A stretch of DNA of 64,000 nucleotides, taken from positions 197,492-261,491 of the forward strand of contig JAZNEJ010000008.1 in NCBI GenBank assembly GCA_045588575.1. Direction: 5' to 3'. Positions 1-9,660 of this stretch are shown in pieces (within the stretch, counting starts at the first letter, position 1; each line of letters starts with the position of its first letter). Position numbers and translations under genes: made by a program. The notes beneath the pieces were generated by a model. It ran no database searches. It saw only the letters and a list, made by a program, of their open reading frames with translations, and was not told where the DNA came from. Origin of the DNA: Eubacteriales bacterium. GTDB taxonomy: Bacteria; Bacillota; Clostridia; Oscillospirales; RGIG5299.

Positions 1-874
1 GATGATATTCTTCTTCAAAAAACTTTTGGGTTAACTGCTCGTAGACAAAAACGTTTTTATAATAGTTTTGAGCGTTATTAAAAAACGAATCGAAATCCAC
101 TTGCATTTCTTTAAGAATAACCTCTATGCCGCTTATTGTTTTAAGGCTATCCTTAATTGTTTCAAGATAAGCCGCCTGAGTGGTTAAATCGGCGTTTTTG
201 CCGTAAAGAAAGTTTATTCCGTAGTAAAGCGAGATTGCTTTAACGGTGTTTGCCTTGTTAAGAGCCACCGAAAAAGCGGTTGCCGCCAAATAAACCGATT
301 CAACGTCGTAAACTCCGTTTATGCTGCTCGTACCCGACGTTTTTATTGAAACCTCTTGCTTTTTTGCCTCCGCCTCAAGCGCTTCAATGTGGCGTGTTCT
401 TAAAATATCTTCGCTTTCCTCGGCGTTATCGGGCATTACGAAGGTGGAATTTGCATATTCGTAAAACGCTTTTCTCGCCGCAAGACAGCGTGAATAATAT
501 TTAAGAGAGGTCTTTAAAATATTATAATCTATTTTTGCCGAATTTGCAATCTCCAAATAGTCTTCCAACAAAGAATTTTCATAGAAATATTCTTTTTTTA
601 TTTCCAACTCGGCATTTTCAAACTGCTCGTTTGATATTTTAACGTTTTTGCTTTCCAAAAACGAAGCAAACCTTAAAGCGTCTAAAATATATTGCTTAAA
701 TTCTTCCTCGCAAAGCCTTGCGTTAAAATCAATTAACAAATTGTAATCCGAAAGCATTATTTTTTTGCCTCTGAACTCGGCAATAACGCCCTTTGAGGAA
801 CCGCAAGACGATAAAACAAGCGCCAAGACGGTTAAAATTACAACAAAAACCGTTAAAAATTTAAGCCGTTTCAC
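1..874 (-). CDS. putative lipoprotein (3' end runs off the window)
   Basis: Absent from the ORF track because it leaves the window. The minus strand from GTG (874-872) reads VKRLKFLTVFVVILTVLALVLSSCGSSKG... and stays open to position 1. It has a signal peptide plus lipobox (LSSC). The GTG overlaps the TGA stop of the upstream CotH gene (GTGA). Confidence 0.6.
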   Translation of the reverse strand, partial: MKRLKFLTVFVVILTVLALVLSSCGSSKGVIAEFRGKKIMLSDYNLLIDFNARLCEEEFKQYILDALRFASFLESKNVKISNEQFENAELEIKKEYFYENSLLEDYLEIANSAKIDYNILKTSLKYYSRCLAARKAFYEYANSTFVMPDNAEESEDILRTRHIEALEAEAKKQEVSIKTSGTSSINGVYDVESVYLAATAFSVALNKANTVKAISLYYGINFLYGKNADLTTQAAYLETIKDSLKTISGIEVILKEMQVDFDSFFNNAQNYYKNVFVYEQLTQKFFEEEYH

Positions 875-3800
875 GCTGTAACCTCGTTTCCGTAGATATC
901 GAGCTTTTTAAGAGGCTCGTCAAATTCGTCAACAGTTAAATAATGCTCAAGCTCTTCATCGGTTAACTTAAAGAACTTTTTAAATTCCTTAATTGCGTAG
1001 CTTTTTCTGTCCTCTATTTTATTTTTAAGACTCTTAACGCTGTTTTCCCAATAGGTAACGGAGGAAGGACAGCTTCCGTATTCGTTTTCGGGATTTTTCC
1101 AGCGTTTAATTTCGCTCGGAATTTCATCACGGATTAGCGCCGCAAGACTATCTACTATTGTTTCGGTTCTGTCTTTTTCAAAAACAACCTGAATTACGTA
1201 AGCAAAGCGGTGGCAGAAAAGGTCTTTAAACTCCTCGTTTTTAACCAATCCGCACATAAGCCACGTTTCAAAGCCGTTTCCAACTCCGTGCCCCTCGGGG
1301 TCGAAGCAGAATTTTCCGAGCATATCGTATTTCCCGTTTTTATAGTTGTTTCCGTTAAGCGACCAGTCGAGGTCAAACAAGAACCAACGCCATTTGCCGC
1401 TTTCACGGTCTCTGAAAAACTTAATGTTACCCGAATCGGTGTTAACCAAAAAGCTTTCAACACACCACCAGTTAATTAAGCTTTCAATGTCAACCTGCGA
1501 GCAAACGTAATCGTAATATTCCTTTTTGGAAAGGTCGTGAGTGAGAATATACGCCTTTAACGCTTTATAATCGGCGTTCGTACCGTGAAGCGGCACGCCG
1601 TTACCTTTTAAAATATCGGTGGTATCGGGATTATAGCCGTAGCGGTTTGCAAGATAATCGGCATCGAATCTTTCTCTTAAATTATAAACGCCCCAATATT
1701 CACCGTTTAAATAAACAACAACTGGAATACCGTCCATAACGTCGATGTCAAGCGAGGTTTTTGCAAGCTTTGCATATACGAGGTCGGCAAGGCGAGAGCG
1801 AGCTGCGTCGGGATAACCGCCGTTTCTCAAAACTATGCCGTTATAAAAATTAACCTCGTTGCCCGGAATTATGGGATAATCAAGCTCATCGCTTCCGTAG
1901 CTGCCTTTAAGCTCTATTTTCATTGATTTTTGGTCGGTAACCAAGCTATACTGACCGAAAAGGCTTATTTCGCCGTCGAAATCAACCGCAAGATTGCCGC
2001 CGTTTACGTAATATTCCACGCTTGCGGGGTGCTTGTAGTCTTTAAGCATTTTTCTTAATACAATCTGGTCGATATACTGTCCGTGAGTGGTTCCCTCGGG
2101 AGCGTCGTTTTTCTGATATCCGAACATGCCCGTGTCTTCATCGTAAACCGCATCGGGCCCCGTTGAAACCGAAAGAATGCCGAGCGTGTGGTTAACGCCG
2201 ACGAAAAAGGTTCTCGAAAGGTCAACCGACTGCAAACAGTCTTTTTCAATTGCAATGGCTCTTATAACCGTGGTTTTATCAATAATTATACTCTCTGTAT
2301 ATTTTTTCGAATTTTTGGTGGGCAAGCTGCCGTCGGTGGTGTAGTAAATCTCGGCATTTTTATCAGGATGCGAAAGAGTTACAGCCGTTCCTTCCGAAAC
2401 GAAGCCGCCGTCTTGCGAAAATTCGGGCATACGGCTAACTTTTGTTACGTAGCTTTCGGGATTTTTCTCACCGGGGGTTGCAGAAGTAAAAAAGCAGGTT
2501 TCCGTTACGGAAAAAGAGTTTTCCTTTCCTGCCGTGAGATAATCAAACTGCCTGCCGGTTTCCATATAATCCAAAACAGTGCCGTCGGTTTTCGAAACGA
2601 GCAAAACGGTATCGCCTGCGGCGTTTAATTTAACCGTGGTGCCTATTTCGCCCGATTTTTTCTGGTAGTAATCTTCTTTAAGTCCAACGAAAACAACCTT
2701 ATATTCGCCTGCCTTAATAACGTAGGCGGGGAGCTCGGAAAAACCGTTAACCTCGGAATTTCCGTCGGTTAACATATAATCGGAAAGATTTATATCTTCT
2801 TTGCCCGAATTATAAAGCTCAATCCAATCGGCATATCTTTTTTCGGTAAAGCTTATGCCGTATTTACTCAAATAGGTGGTGTTTGTGAGTTTAAGACCGC
2901 TTACGTTTGCGGTTGAAGCCTCGGTTATTTTAAGAGATGAAGAGGCAAGGCTCTCCTTTGCCGAAAGAGAAGAAAACTCCTCGGTTGTGTTTGCCTTGCC
3001 CGGTGTGGGTTTTGCAAAATAAACCCATTTATCTGTCGTTATGCTTCTGCCGTAGCTGTTGTTTTTTCTTAAATTCGAAGGAATTTCAACGCTATCGGCC
3101 TTGTTTCCGCTTATATGATAAAGCCCGATTGTTTTTTCATCGGCCGCTATTGAAAAATTGGAATGATATTCCTTTTTCTCCTCGTTTGAGGTAGCGTTGC
3201 CCGTTAAGAAAACCACCAAGACCTCGCCCGGCTCTAAATAAACCGAGGGCAAACGGTATTTTAAAGGCTTTTCCTCGTCCTCCGAAAGATAAAAATCGTC
3301 TGCTTTTACTCTCTCGTTTGATTTGTTTATAATTTCAATCCACTGCTCGAAAGCGCCCGTTTCGGTGTAGTGGCTGTATGCATCTCTCGGTGTGATTTCG
3401 TTTATTGCAAGAGGGAAGCTCTCACTTGTCAAAACGTTTCCAAGCTCAAAATAATCGCCTTTGTTTGCTTCACCCGGAGTTGCTTCGCGGAATTTTACTA
3501 TCTTTCTTTCGCCCTCAACCTCAATAACGCCGGTTGAAACGTCGGCATTCTGCGAAGGATAGTTTATTTTCGAAAGCGTTCTGCCCGTAACCGATGTTAA
3601 AATTACCGTTTCACCGTCTGCTGAAAGGGAGAAGTTTGTGTGAAGCTCGCCGTTAATTTCTTTGTTCTTGCCCGATGCAAAAACGATAATATATCCGTTT
3701 GCGGCAATTTCACAGCTCGGAAATTCCCATTTATCAGGCTTTTCGGGGTTGTCCGAAAGAGTGTAGCCCTCTAAATTTACGGGTGTATCGGTATTGTTGC

Positions 3801-3999
3801 GAATTTCAATCCAGTCGGAAGGCTCGCCATCCATATCTATAATCGTTTGGGTGTTTACCGCCATAAATTCGTTTACGTATATTTCCTTGTCAAGCTGCGC
3901 GCCCTCGATTATGCCGAGATTGCAGGCGGAAAGCAAAAACATAAGGCATGCTAAAACGAGCGCAACCGATGCTTTTGCAAATTTTTTTAACTTTTTCAA
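871..3999 (-). CDS. cotH: CotH-family kinase-like surface protein with three lamin-tail (LTD)-like repeats
   Basis: 1042-aa ORF with an N-terminal signal/lipobox (LLSAC). Three repeats follow the pattern W(I/V)E(I/L)xN...(Y/F)xLSD typical of LTD domains. There is an 'AEIYYTTDGSLPT' chitobiase-C-like segment. The C-terminal 'VVVYLNGEYWGVYNLRERFD...' region is typical of the CotH domain. Confidence 0.8.
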   Translation of the reverse strand: MKKLKKFAKASVALVLACLMFLLSACNLGIIEGAQLDKEIYVNEFMAVNTQTIIDMDGEPSDWIEIRNNTDTPVNLEGYTLSDNPEKPDKWEFPSCEIAANGYIIVFASGKNKEINGELHTNFSLSADGETVILTSVTGRTLSKINYPSQNADVSTGVIEVEGERKIVKFREATPGEANKGDYFELGNVLTSESFPLAINEITPRDAYSHYTETGAFEQWIEIINKSNERVKADDFYLSEDEEKPLKYRLPSVYLEPGEVLVVFLTGNATSNEEKKEYHSNFSIAADEKTIGLYHISGNKADSVEIPSNLRKNNSYGRSITTDKWVYFAKPTPGKANTTEEFSSLSAKESLASSSLKITEASTANVSGLKLTNTTYLSKYGISFTEKRYADWIELYNSGKEDINLSDYMLTDGNSEVNGFSELPAYVIKAGEYKVVFVGLKEDYYQKKSGEIGTTVKLNAAGDTVLLVSKTDGTVLDYMETGRQFDYLTAGKENSFSVTETCFFTSATPGEKNPESYVTKVSRMPEFSQDGGFVSEGTAVTLSHPDKNAEIYYTTDGSLPTKNSKKYTESIIIDKTTVIRAIAIEKDCLQSVDLSRTFFVGVNHTLGILSVSTGPDAVYDEDTGMFGYQKNDAPEGTTHGQYIDQIVLRKMLKDYKHPASVEYYVNGGNLAVDFDGEISLFGQYSLVTDQKSMKIELKGSYGSDELDYPIIPGNEVNFYNGIVLRNGGYPDAARSRLADLVYAKLAKTSLDIDVMDGIPVVVYLNGEYWGVYNLRERFDADYLANRYGYNPDTTDILKGNGVPLHGTNADYKALKAYILTHDLSKKEYYDYVCSQVDIESLINWWCVESFLVNTDSGNIKFFRDRESGKWRWFLFDLDWSLNGNNYKNGKYDMLGKFCFDPEGHGVGNGFETWLMCGLVKNEEFKDLFCHRFAYVIQVVFEKDRTETIVDSLAALIRDEIPSEIKRWKNPENEYGSCPSSVTYWENSVKSLKNKIEDRKSYAIKEFKKFFKLTDEELEHYLTVDEFDEPLKKLDIYGNEVTA

Positions 4000-4034
4000 G
4001 CGTTTACCCTCCTATCTTGCCGATTTTTTAAAAA

Positions 4035-4679
4035 TTAACCCGCATAATCGCCGTTAAAGCTTATGAGCGCGGCGCTTCTTACAAAGCCGAAACGCTTGAT
4101 TTCGGTTGCAAGTTTGGTGTTTGAATCGGGAAGACGGATTTCAAAGGTTATATCTGCACCGTTATCGGTGATTGTTTTGGTTTTAACGGTGAATTTCTTC
4201 GTGCGTGATTCCAAAAATGCGTTTAATTTGGCTTCGTCGAAATCTTCGGTAAGGCTTACAACCAAAACGTAGGGCTGAATATTGCTTTTTACGTTTGCGA
4301 AAATAAGAATTGCCGCAGCAATAACCGCAGAACCCAAAACCGCAATTCCGAACATTCCCGCACCGTTTACAATGCCAACCGCAATTGCCCAGAATAAAAA
4401 GGCAATGTCAACCGGCTCTTTTATTGCGGCACGGAATCTTACGATTGAAAGCGCACCGACCATACCTAACGAAAGCATTACGTTTGAGCTTACCGCCATA
4501 ATTACAAGCGTTGTTACAAGTGCAATTAAAACGAAGGAAAAAGCAAGGCTTTTTGAATATAACACGCCTGCGAAGGTGTGTTTGTAAACGAAAAAGATGC
4601 CAACTCCTATTGCGAGCGACAAGCAAAGCGCAATTATAAACTGTACCGGCTCAATGGGGCCAAAAATAAATTCTAACAT
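4035..4679 (-). CDS. DUF4956-family membrane protein
   Basis: 214-aa ORF with four or five TM helices and the 'LSIVRFRAAIKEPVDIAFLFWAI' motif characteristic of DUF4956. It lies directly downstream of a VTC-domain gene, the usual partner. Confidence 0.7.
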   Translation of the reverse strand: MLEFIFGPIEPVQFIIALCLSLAIGVGIFFVYKHTFAGVLYSKSLAFSFVLIALVTTLVIMAVSSNVMLSLGMVGALSIVRFRAAIKEPVDIAFLFWAIAVGIVNGAGMFGIAVLGSAVIAAAILIFANVKSNIQPYVLVVSLTEDFDEAKLNAFLESRTKKFTVKTKTITDNGADITFEIRLPDSNTKLATEIKRFGFVRSAALISFNGDYAG

Positions 4680-4703
4680 CGTTAATTTCCTCCCTAATGT
4701 CTA

Positions 4704-5399
4704 TCAATAATATATTCGGCACATTTCATATTTTGATGCCGAAATTCTTTCTCTGGAACCAACTTGAACAAATGTTCGTATTATGTCGGGTAAATACTCG
4801 TCGTATTTTATCTCCAAAATGGTTTTTCCGTTTTGCATAACGGGAACCGTGAGCAGCTCTTTATTAAAAAGCTCGGTTGAGTTAACACCCGTTTCCAAAT
4901 CGGAATCTATCGTTACTCTCACGTTTCCGTAGGGGTAGATATAAGGCTCTCGCTTATACTGCACTATTGTTTTGGGTTTAAGCCCCTTTGCCGACATATT
5001 AAAGTAAAGCTCGTTAAAAAGCGGCGATTCGGCATCTTTCAGCCAAGAGTAATCTCCCGCTATTATTGCCTCAACCTGCTCTCTCGTCATCTTCTCGGAA
5101 GCCTTGTGGGTGAGTCCGTTATGCTTCAGCTTCTTTTCAAGACGGATAAAGCTATCGGAATCGTTATAAATTCTTATTCTGAACTTTTCACGGTCGCAAA
5201 TTCCGTCTTCCTTCTCTTTAAGCGCCGTGTCATAAACGTTATCGAAATAAAGACTCCTTATTTTATAGGTTCCGTCGGGCAAAACGTTTTTGTCCTTTTT
5301 CATTATATAACGGAGCCGATTTTTAAGCGCCCATATATCTGAATTGTTCACAAAATATTTCAACTCGTTTCGGTATTTCACCTTTGGTGTAAGCGGCAC
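4704..5399 (-). CDS. VTC (polyphosphate polymerase / CYTH-like) domain protein
   Basis: 231-aa ORF starting '...YRNELKYFV', with overall resemblance to bacterial VTC-domain proteins. It is the first gene of the minus-strand operon. Confidence 0.7.
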   Translation of the reverse strand: MPLTPKVKYRNELKYFVNNSDIWALKNRLRYIMKKDKNVLPDGTYKIRSLYFDNVYDTALKEKEDGICDREKFRIRIYNDSDSFIRLEKKLKHNGLTHKASEKMTREQVEAIIAGDYSWLKDAESPLFNELYFNMSAKGLKPKTIVQYKREPYIYPYGNVRVTIDSDLETGVNSTELFNKELLTVPVMQNGKTILEIKYDEYLPDIIRTFVQVGSRERISASKYEMCRIYY

Positions 5400-5502
5400 T
5401 TTATCGCCTCCTTTTTTATTTATTCAGTATACCATATTATAGGATTAAAATCAAGTTTTATTATGTTATTTTATATATTAATTCTTTTTTATTTTTTGCC
5501 GA

Positions 5503-5518
5503 TGTTTCACGTGAAACA
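5503..5518. promoter_or_regulatory. parS: parS centromere-like site (perfect palindrome TGTTTCACGTGAAACA)
   Basis: Matches the Firmicute parS consensus TGTTNCACGTGAAACA at all defined positions. It sits about 90 bp upstream of parA. Confidence 0.8.
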
Positions 5519-5607
5519 TTATTTTTGAAAAAATCTCTTGTTTTGCGTCCGTTTATGTGTTAAAATAAATTAAAATGACATTTTCGTAGTGCGAAAGGAC
5601 TTTAAAA

Positions 5608-6372
5608 ATGGGCAAAATTATTGCAATAACAAATCAGAAGGGCGGAGTTGGAAAAACCACAACCTCGATGAATCTTGCCGCAGGAACGGCTCTTGCAGGC
5701 AAAAAAACCCTTTTAATAGACCTCGACCCTCAGGGAAACGCCACGACGGGACTCGGTGTGGCAAAAAAAGCGGGTGATAAAAACGTTTACGGACTTTTGG
5801 TTGGCAATGCCGATTTCGATTCGGCGGTCAGAAAAGGCGTTCGCAAAAATTTAGACATTTTGCCCTCGGGTTTGGAGCTTGCAGGCGCTGAAATTGAAAT
5901 GGTTGCAATGGAGGGAAGAGCCTCGCTCTTAAAAAAAGCGCTTGCGGGGGAAAGACATCTTTACGATTTCATTTTCATCGACTGTCCGCCTTCCTTGGGG
6001 CTTCTCACAATCGACGCTTTAACGGCAGCCGACAGCATTTTAATTCCCATTCAGAGCGAATTTTTCGCTTTGGAGGGCTTAACGCAGCTTATGGGCACCG
6101 TTAACGCCGTTAGAAAAAACTTTAATCCCTCTCTTTCGATTGAAGGCGTTATTTTAACGATGTACGACGCTCGCCGCAATTTAAGCTTGCAGGTTGCGAA
6201 AGAGGTTAAAAAATATTTTGCGCAAACTCTTTACAAAACGGTTATAACCCGAAACGTGCGTCTTTCGGAGGCTCCGAGCTACGGAAAGAGCATTTACGAA
6301 TACGATAAATACTCAAAAGGCGCCGAATGCTACAAAAACTTAACCGAAGAATTTTTAAGGAGGAACGGATAA
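5608..6372 (+). CDS. soj: chromosome partitioning ATPase ParA/Soj
   Basis: 254 aa with a deviant Walker A 'NQKGGVGKTTT' and full-length similarity to Soj/ParA. Confidence 0.93.
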   Translation: MGKIIAITNQKGGVGKTTTSMNLAAGTALAGKKTLLIDLDPQGNATTGLGVAKKAGDKNVYGLLVGNADFDSAVRKGVRKNLDILPSGLELAGAEIEMVAMEGRASLLKKALAGERHLYDFIFIDCPPSLGLLTIDALTAADSILIPIQSEFFALEGLTQLMGTVNAVRKNFNPSLSIEGVILTMYDARRNLSLQVAKEVKKYFAQTLYKTVITRNVRLSEAPSYGKSIYEYDKYSKGAECYKNLTEEFLRRNG

Positions 6373-7233
6373 ATGGCAGCAAGACAAAGTGGCTTAGGTA
6401 GGGGCCTTGACGCCCTTTTTGCCGACAGCGTTTTAAATGAAAACGAAGACAGAATTGTAAAAAGAGTTAGAATTTCGGAAATTGAGCCCGATAAAAACCA
6501 ACCCCGAAAGGTTTTCGACGAAGAAAAATTAAACGAGCTCACCGAATCCATAAAGAAAAACGGCGTTATAACGCCTTTAATCGTCCGCAAAGAAGAAAAC
6601 GGACGTTACCGCTTAATTGCCGGCGAGCGCCGTTGGAGAGCGGCAAGAAGAGCAGGGCTTGACGAGGTTGACGTTTACGTAAGAGAAATCGACGACGCCA
6701 CCGCCGACCTTTTTGCTTTGGTTGAAAATCTTCAAAGAGTTGACTTAAACCCTCTCGAAGAAGCAAACGGCTATAAGCTTTTAATGGAAAAATACAATCT
6801 CACGCAGGAATCGGTTGCTTTTGAGGTGGGCAAGGGCCGCTCGACCATAACCAACTCGTTAAGACTTCTCACTCTTCCCGACGAGGTTTATCCCATGCTT
6901 GAAAACGGCACGCTTTCGGCAGGTCAGGCAAGAACTCTCCTCGGCTACGACGATAAAGAGATGATAATTCGCATTGCAAGAGAAGCCGCCGTTAAAAAAA
7001 TGTCGGTAAGAGAGATGGAAAAGGCATTAAAATCTTATAAAAAATCGTTGGAAAAGCCTAAAAAAGAAATTATTCCCGAAAATTGCGATATAAAAGCCGT
7101 TGAAGCCGAGCTTTCTTCAATTTTAGGAAGAAGAGTTACCTTAACCGGCGGAAGCAAGGGCGGCGTTTTATCAATTCAATTTTACGGCTACGATGACCTT
7201 AATTCCTTTATTGACCGTCTTAAAACGATATAA
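6373..7233 (+). CDS. spo0J: chromosome partitioning protein ParB/Spo0J
   Basis: 286 aa with the ParB box 'GERRWRAARRAG' and an HTH segment. Its start abuts the parA stop. Confidence 0.93.
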   Translation: MAARQSGLGRGLDALFADSVLNENEDRIVKRVRISEIEPDKNQPRKVFDEEKLNELTESIKKNGVITPLIVRKEENGRYRLIAGERRWRAARRAGLDEVDVYVREIDDATADLFALVENLQRVDLNPLEEANGYKLLMEKYNLTQESVAFEVGKGRSTITNSLRLLTLPDEVYPMLENGTLSAGQARTLLGYDDKEMIIRIAREAAVKKMSVREMEKALKSYKKSLEKPKKEIIPENCDIKAVEAELSSILGRRVTLTGGSKGGVLSIQFYGYDDLNSFIDRLKTI

Positions 7234-7245
7234 AAGGAGCTTTTT

Positions 7246-7887
7246 ATGGCAAAATATATCCTTTTTGACCTCGACGGCACCTTAACCGACTCAGGCTTGG
7301 GCATCGTTAACTGCGTTAAATACGCTCTTGATAAATTAAACGTTTCCTATGTCGGTAAAGACCTTAATAAATTCGTCGGTCCTCCTTTGGTTGAAAGCTT
7401 TAAGGAAGAGTTTAATTTTTCTCAGGAGCAGGCTGAAAAATGCGTTGAAATTTACCGTGAACGCTTTAAAGATATAGGCATTTTCGAAAACGTTTTATAC
7501 GACGGCGTTGAGGAGTGCTTAAAAATCTTAAAGAAAAACGGCAAAAAAATCATTTTGGCAACCTCAAAGCCCGAGGTTTTTGCAAAAAGAATTTTAGAGC
7601 ATTTTAAAATCGACTGCTATTTCGATTTCGTGGTGGGCAGCCTTCTTAACCATACCCGCGACGATAAGGCGGAGGTTATCGAATACGCCGTTAAAGAATT
7701 TAACGTTAACGTTTCCGATGCCGTTATGGTGGGCGACAGAAAATTCGATGCCTTGGGCGCTGCAAAAAACAATCTTTCCACCGTCGGCGTTTTGTGGGGC
7801 TACGGAAGCGAAAAAGAGCTTTTGGAAGCAGGCGTTATTAAAAACTGCCGCACCGTTTCGGAATTAACCGAATTTTTGTTAAAATAA
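7246..7887 (+). CDS. HAD-superfamily hydrolase (phosphoglycolate phosphatase-like)
   Basis: 213 aa with HAD motif I 'LFDLDGTLTDS' and motif IV 'VGDRKFD'. Confidence 0.8.
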   Translation: MAKYILFDLDGTLTDSGLGIVNCVKYALDKLNVSYVGKDLNKFVGPPLVESFKEEFNFSQEQAEKCVEIYRERFKDIGIFENVLYDGVEECLKILKKNGKKIILATSKPEVFAKRILEHFKIDCYFDFVVGSLLNHTRDDKAEVIEYAVKEFNVNVSDAVMVGDRKFDALGAAKNNLSTVGVLWGYGSEKELLEAGVIKNCRTVSELTEFLLK

Positions 7888-7898
7888 TTCCTTTTTTA

Positions 7899-7914
7899 TG
7901 TTTCACGTGAAACA
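7899..7914. promoter_or_regulatory. parS: second perfect parS site (TGTTTCACGTGAAACA)
   Basis: The 16-mer is identical to the one at 5503-5518. It lies between the HAD stop codon and the terminator hairpin, upstream of dnaA. Confidence 0.8.
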
Positions 7915-7930
7915 TTTTTTAAGCTTAAAA

Positions 7931-7963
7931 GTTAAACGGGAATTTCCCCGTTTAACTTTTTTT
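7931..7963 (+). terminator. Rho-independent terminator of the parAB-HAD unit
   Basis: GTTAAACGGG / CCCGTTTAAC stem followed by a T-run. Confidence 0.65.
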
Positions 7964-8073
7964 ATTTTTAAAAAACGCTTTACAAATATAATGTATTTAT
8001 GTTATAATATAATATATTATAATAATATAATAGTGGGCGTCTGCGCCCTTTTATAAAAACGGAGGTAAAAAGA

Positions 8074-9447
8074 ATGCAATCATTTAAAAATGCTTGGAAT
8101 CAAGCGGTAGTAAAGCTTACAGAGTGTATTCCCGGAGCGGCGGTTAATCTTTGGATAAAGCCCATTTATCCGGTTGATATTTATAATAACGAAGCGGTAA
8201 TTTACGTTAAAAACAATTTCACGAGAGACGTAATAATTCAGCGTTACGCAACTCAAATTGAAGCGTCGCTCGAAGAGGTTTTGGGTTTTGAAATAAAGCT
8301 TTGCATTTACACTGCGGAAGATAATCCCAAAGACGTTCCCATAAAGCTTCCCAAGGTTTTTGATGACGATTACAGCGAAGATGAAGAAGCCGAGCAAGAA
8401 GAAATTTTCAAGCCCGAGACAAGTGAAAAATCCTACACCTACTACACCTTCGATAACTTCATAGTCGGAAGCTCCAACACCTTTGCGCACGCAGCTTGCG
8501 TTGCGGTTTCCAAAAGACCCGGCTCAATTTACAATCCGCTTTTCATTTACGGCGATAGCGGACTCGGCAAAACCCACCTTTTAAACGCAATAAGAAATAA
8601 ATTGGAATCCGATTACGAGGGCGCAAAAATAATTTATTTAAAATGCGACGATTTCGTAAACGATATGGTTCGCGCTCTTCAAAACGGCACGATGAACGAG
8701 TTTAAAGACAAATACCGTCAAGCAGACGTTTTGTTGGTTGACGATATTCAGTTTATAAGCAAATCCGAAAGCTTTCAGGAGGAATTTTTCCACACCTTTA
8801 ACGCGCTTTACGAATCGGGTAAGCAGATAATATTAACGTCCGACCGCACGCCTAAAGAAATTCCGCTTTTAACCGAAAGATTAAGAACTCGTTTCGAATC
8901 GGGCCTTATTGCCGACATTCAGTCGCCCGATTACGAGCTTAGAGTTGCAATTATCCGCAAAAAAATCGAGCCTTATAAAATGGCAATGAGTGAAGACATT
9001 GTTTTCTTCCTTGCCGAAAAGCTTAAAAACAACGTCCGTCAGCTTGAAGGCGTTATAAAGAAGCTCATGGCATTTTACGATTTAACAAACACCGTTCCGT
9101 CTCTCTCTCTTGCGCAGGACGCTTTAACCGAAATTATGAACGAAAACATTCCCGTTTCAATAATGATAGATAAGGTTTTAGTTGAAACGAGCCGCTATTT
9201 TGAAGTTTCGGTTGACGATTTAAAGAGCAAAAAGAGAACGGCAAAAATTGCAAATGCAAGACAAATCGGCATGTACGTTCTTTCGCAGGTTTCCGACCTT
9301 TCGCTCGGCGAAATCGGTAAGGAATTCGGCGATAAAGACCATTCAACAGTTCACCACTCAATTAAAGTTGTTGAAGATAATCGCAACACAAACAGCCGCA
9401 TAAAACAAAGCATTGAAGAAATAATTGCAAACGTAAGAAACCGTTAA
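8074..9447 (+). CDS. dnaA: chromosomal replication initiator DnaA
   Basis: 457 aa with AAA+ Walker A 'GDSGLGKTHL' and the C-terminal DNA-binding 'DHSTVHHSI' signature. The RBS GGAGG lies upstream. Confidence 0.96.
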   Translation: MQSFKNAWNQAVVKLTECIPGAAVNLWIKPIYPVDIYNNEAVIYVKNNFTRDVIIQRYATQIEASLEEVLGFEIKLCIYTAEDNPKDVPIKLPKVFDDDYSEDEEAEQEEIFKPETSEKSYTYYTFDNFIVGSSNTFAHAACVAVSKRPGSIYNPLFIYGDSGLGKTHLLNAIRNKLESDYEGAKIIYLKCDDFVNDMVRALQNGTMNEFKDKYRQADVLLVDDIQFISKSESFQEEFFHTFNALYESGKQIILTSDRTPKEIPLLTERLRTRFESGLIADIQSPDYELRVAIIRKKIEPYKMAMSEDIVFFLAEKLKNNVRQLEGVIKKLMAFYDLTNTVPSLSLAQDALTEIMNENIPVSIMIDKVLVETSRYFEVSVDDLKSKKRTAKIANARQIGMYVLSQVSDLSLGEIGKEFGDKDHSTVHHSIKVVEDNRNTNSRIKQSIEEIIANVRNR

Positions 9448-9454
9448 GTTATTA

Positions 9455-9660
9455 AAAAAATTATCAACACTGTTTATAACTTACTTTTGATAATTTACGA
9501 ACAAATATACAGTTTATTAAAATTATCAACAGAATTATCAACAACTATGTTTAATTTTATTTTAATTTCATTCAAAAACAAGTGAAGTAAAATGCAACGT
9601 TAGTTTTCAACATTTTAAATAACGTCTTCACAAAAATATTTCAACACCGAAACACCAAGA
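9455..9660. promoter_or_regulatory. oriC: oriC DnaA-box cluster in the dnaA-dnaN spacer
   Basis: TTATCAACA occurs three times (9461-9469, 9523-9531, 9535-9543). Relaxed boxes are TTATAAACA (reverse, 9471-9479), TTTTCAACA (9604-9612) and ATTTCAACA (9638-9646). They sit in a very AT-rich 320-bp spacer. Confidence 0.7.

Noticed and set aside
280-504. 74-aa plus-strand ORF at the left edge
   Set aside because: It is antisense to a longer, well-formed lipoprotein ORF that runs off the window. It is Arg/Pro/Leu-rich with no RBS.
5589-5777. 62-aa ORF overlapping the parA start in another frame
   Set aside because: It is an alternative frame of a strongly conserved gene with an Arg/Lys/Asn-rich translation.
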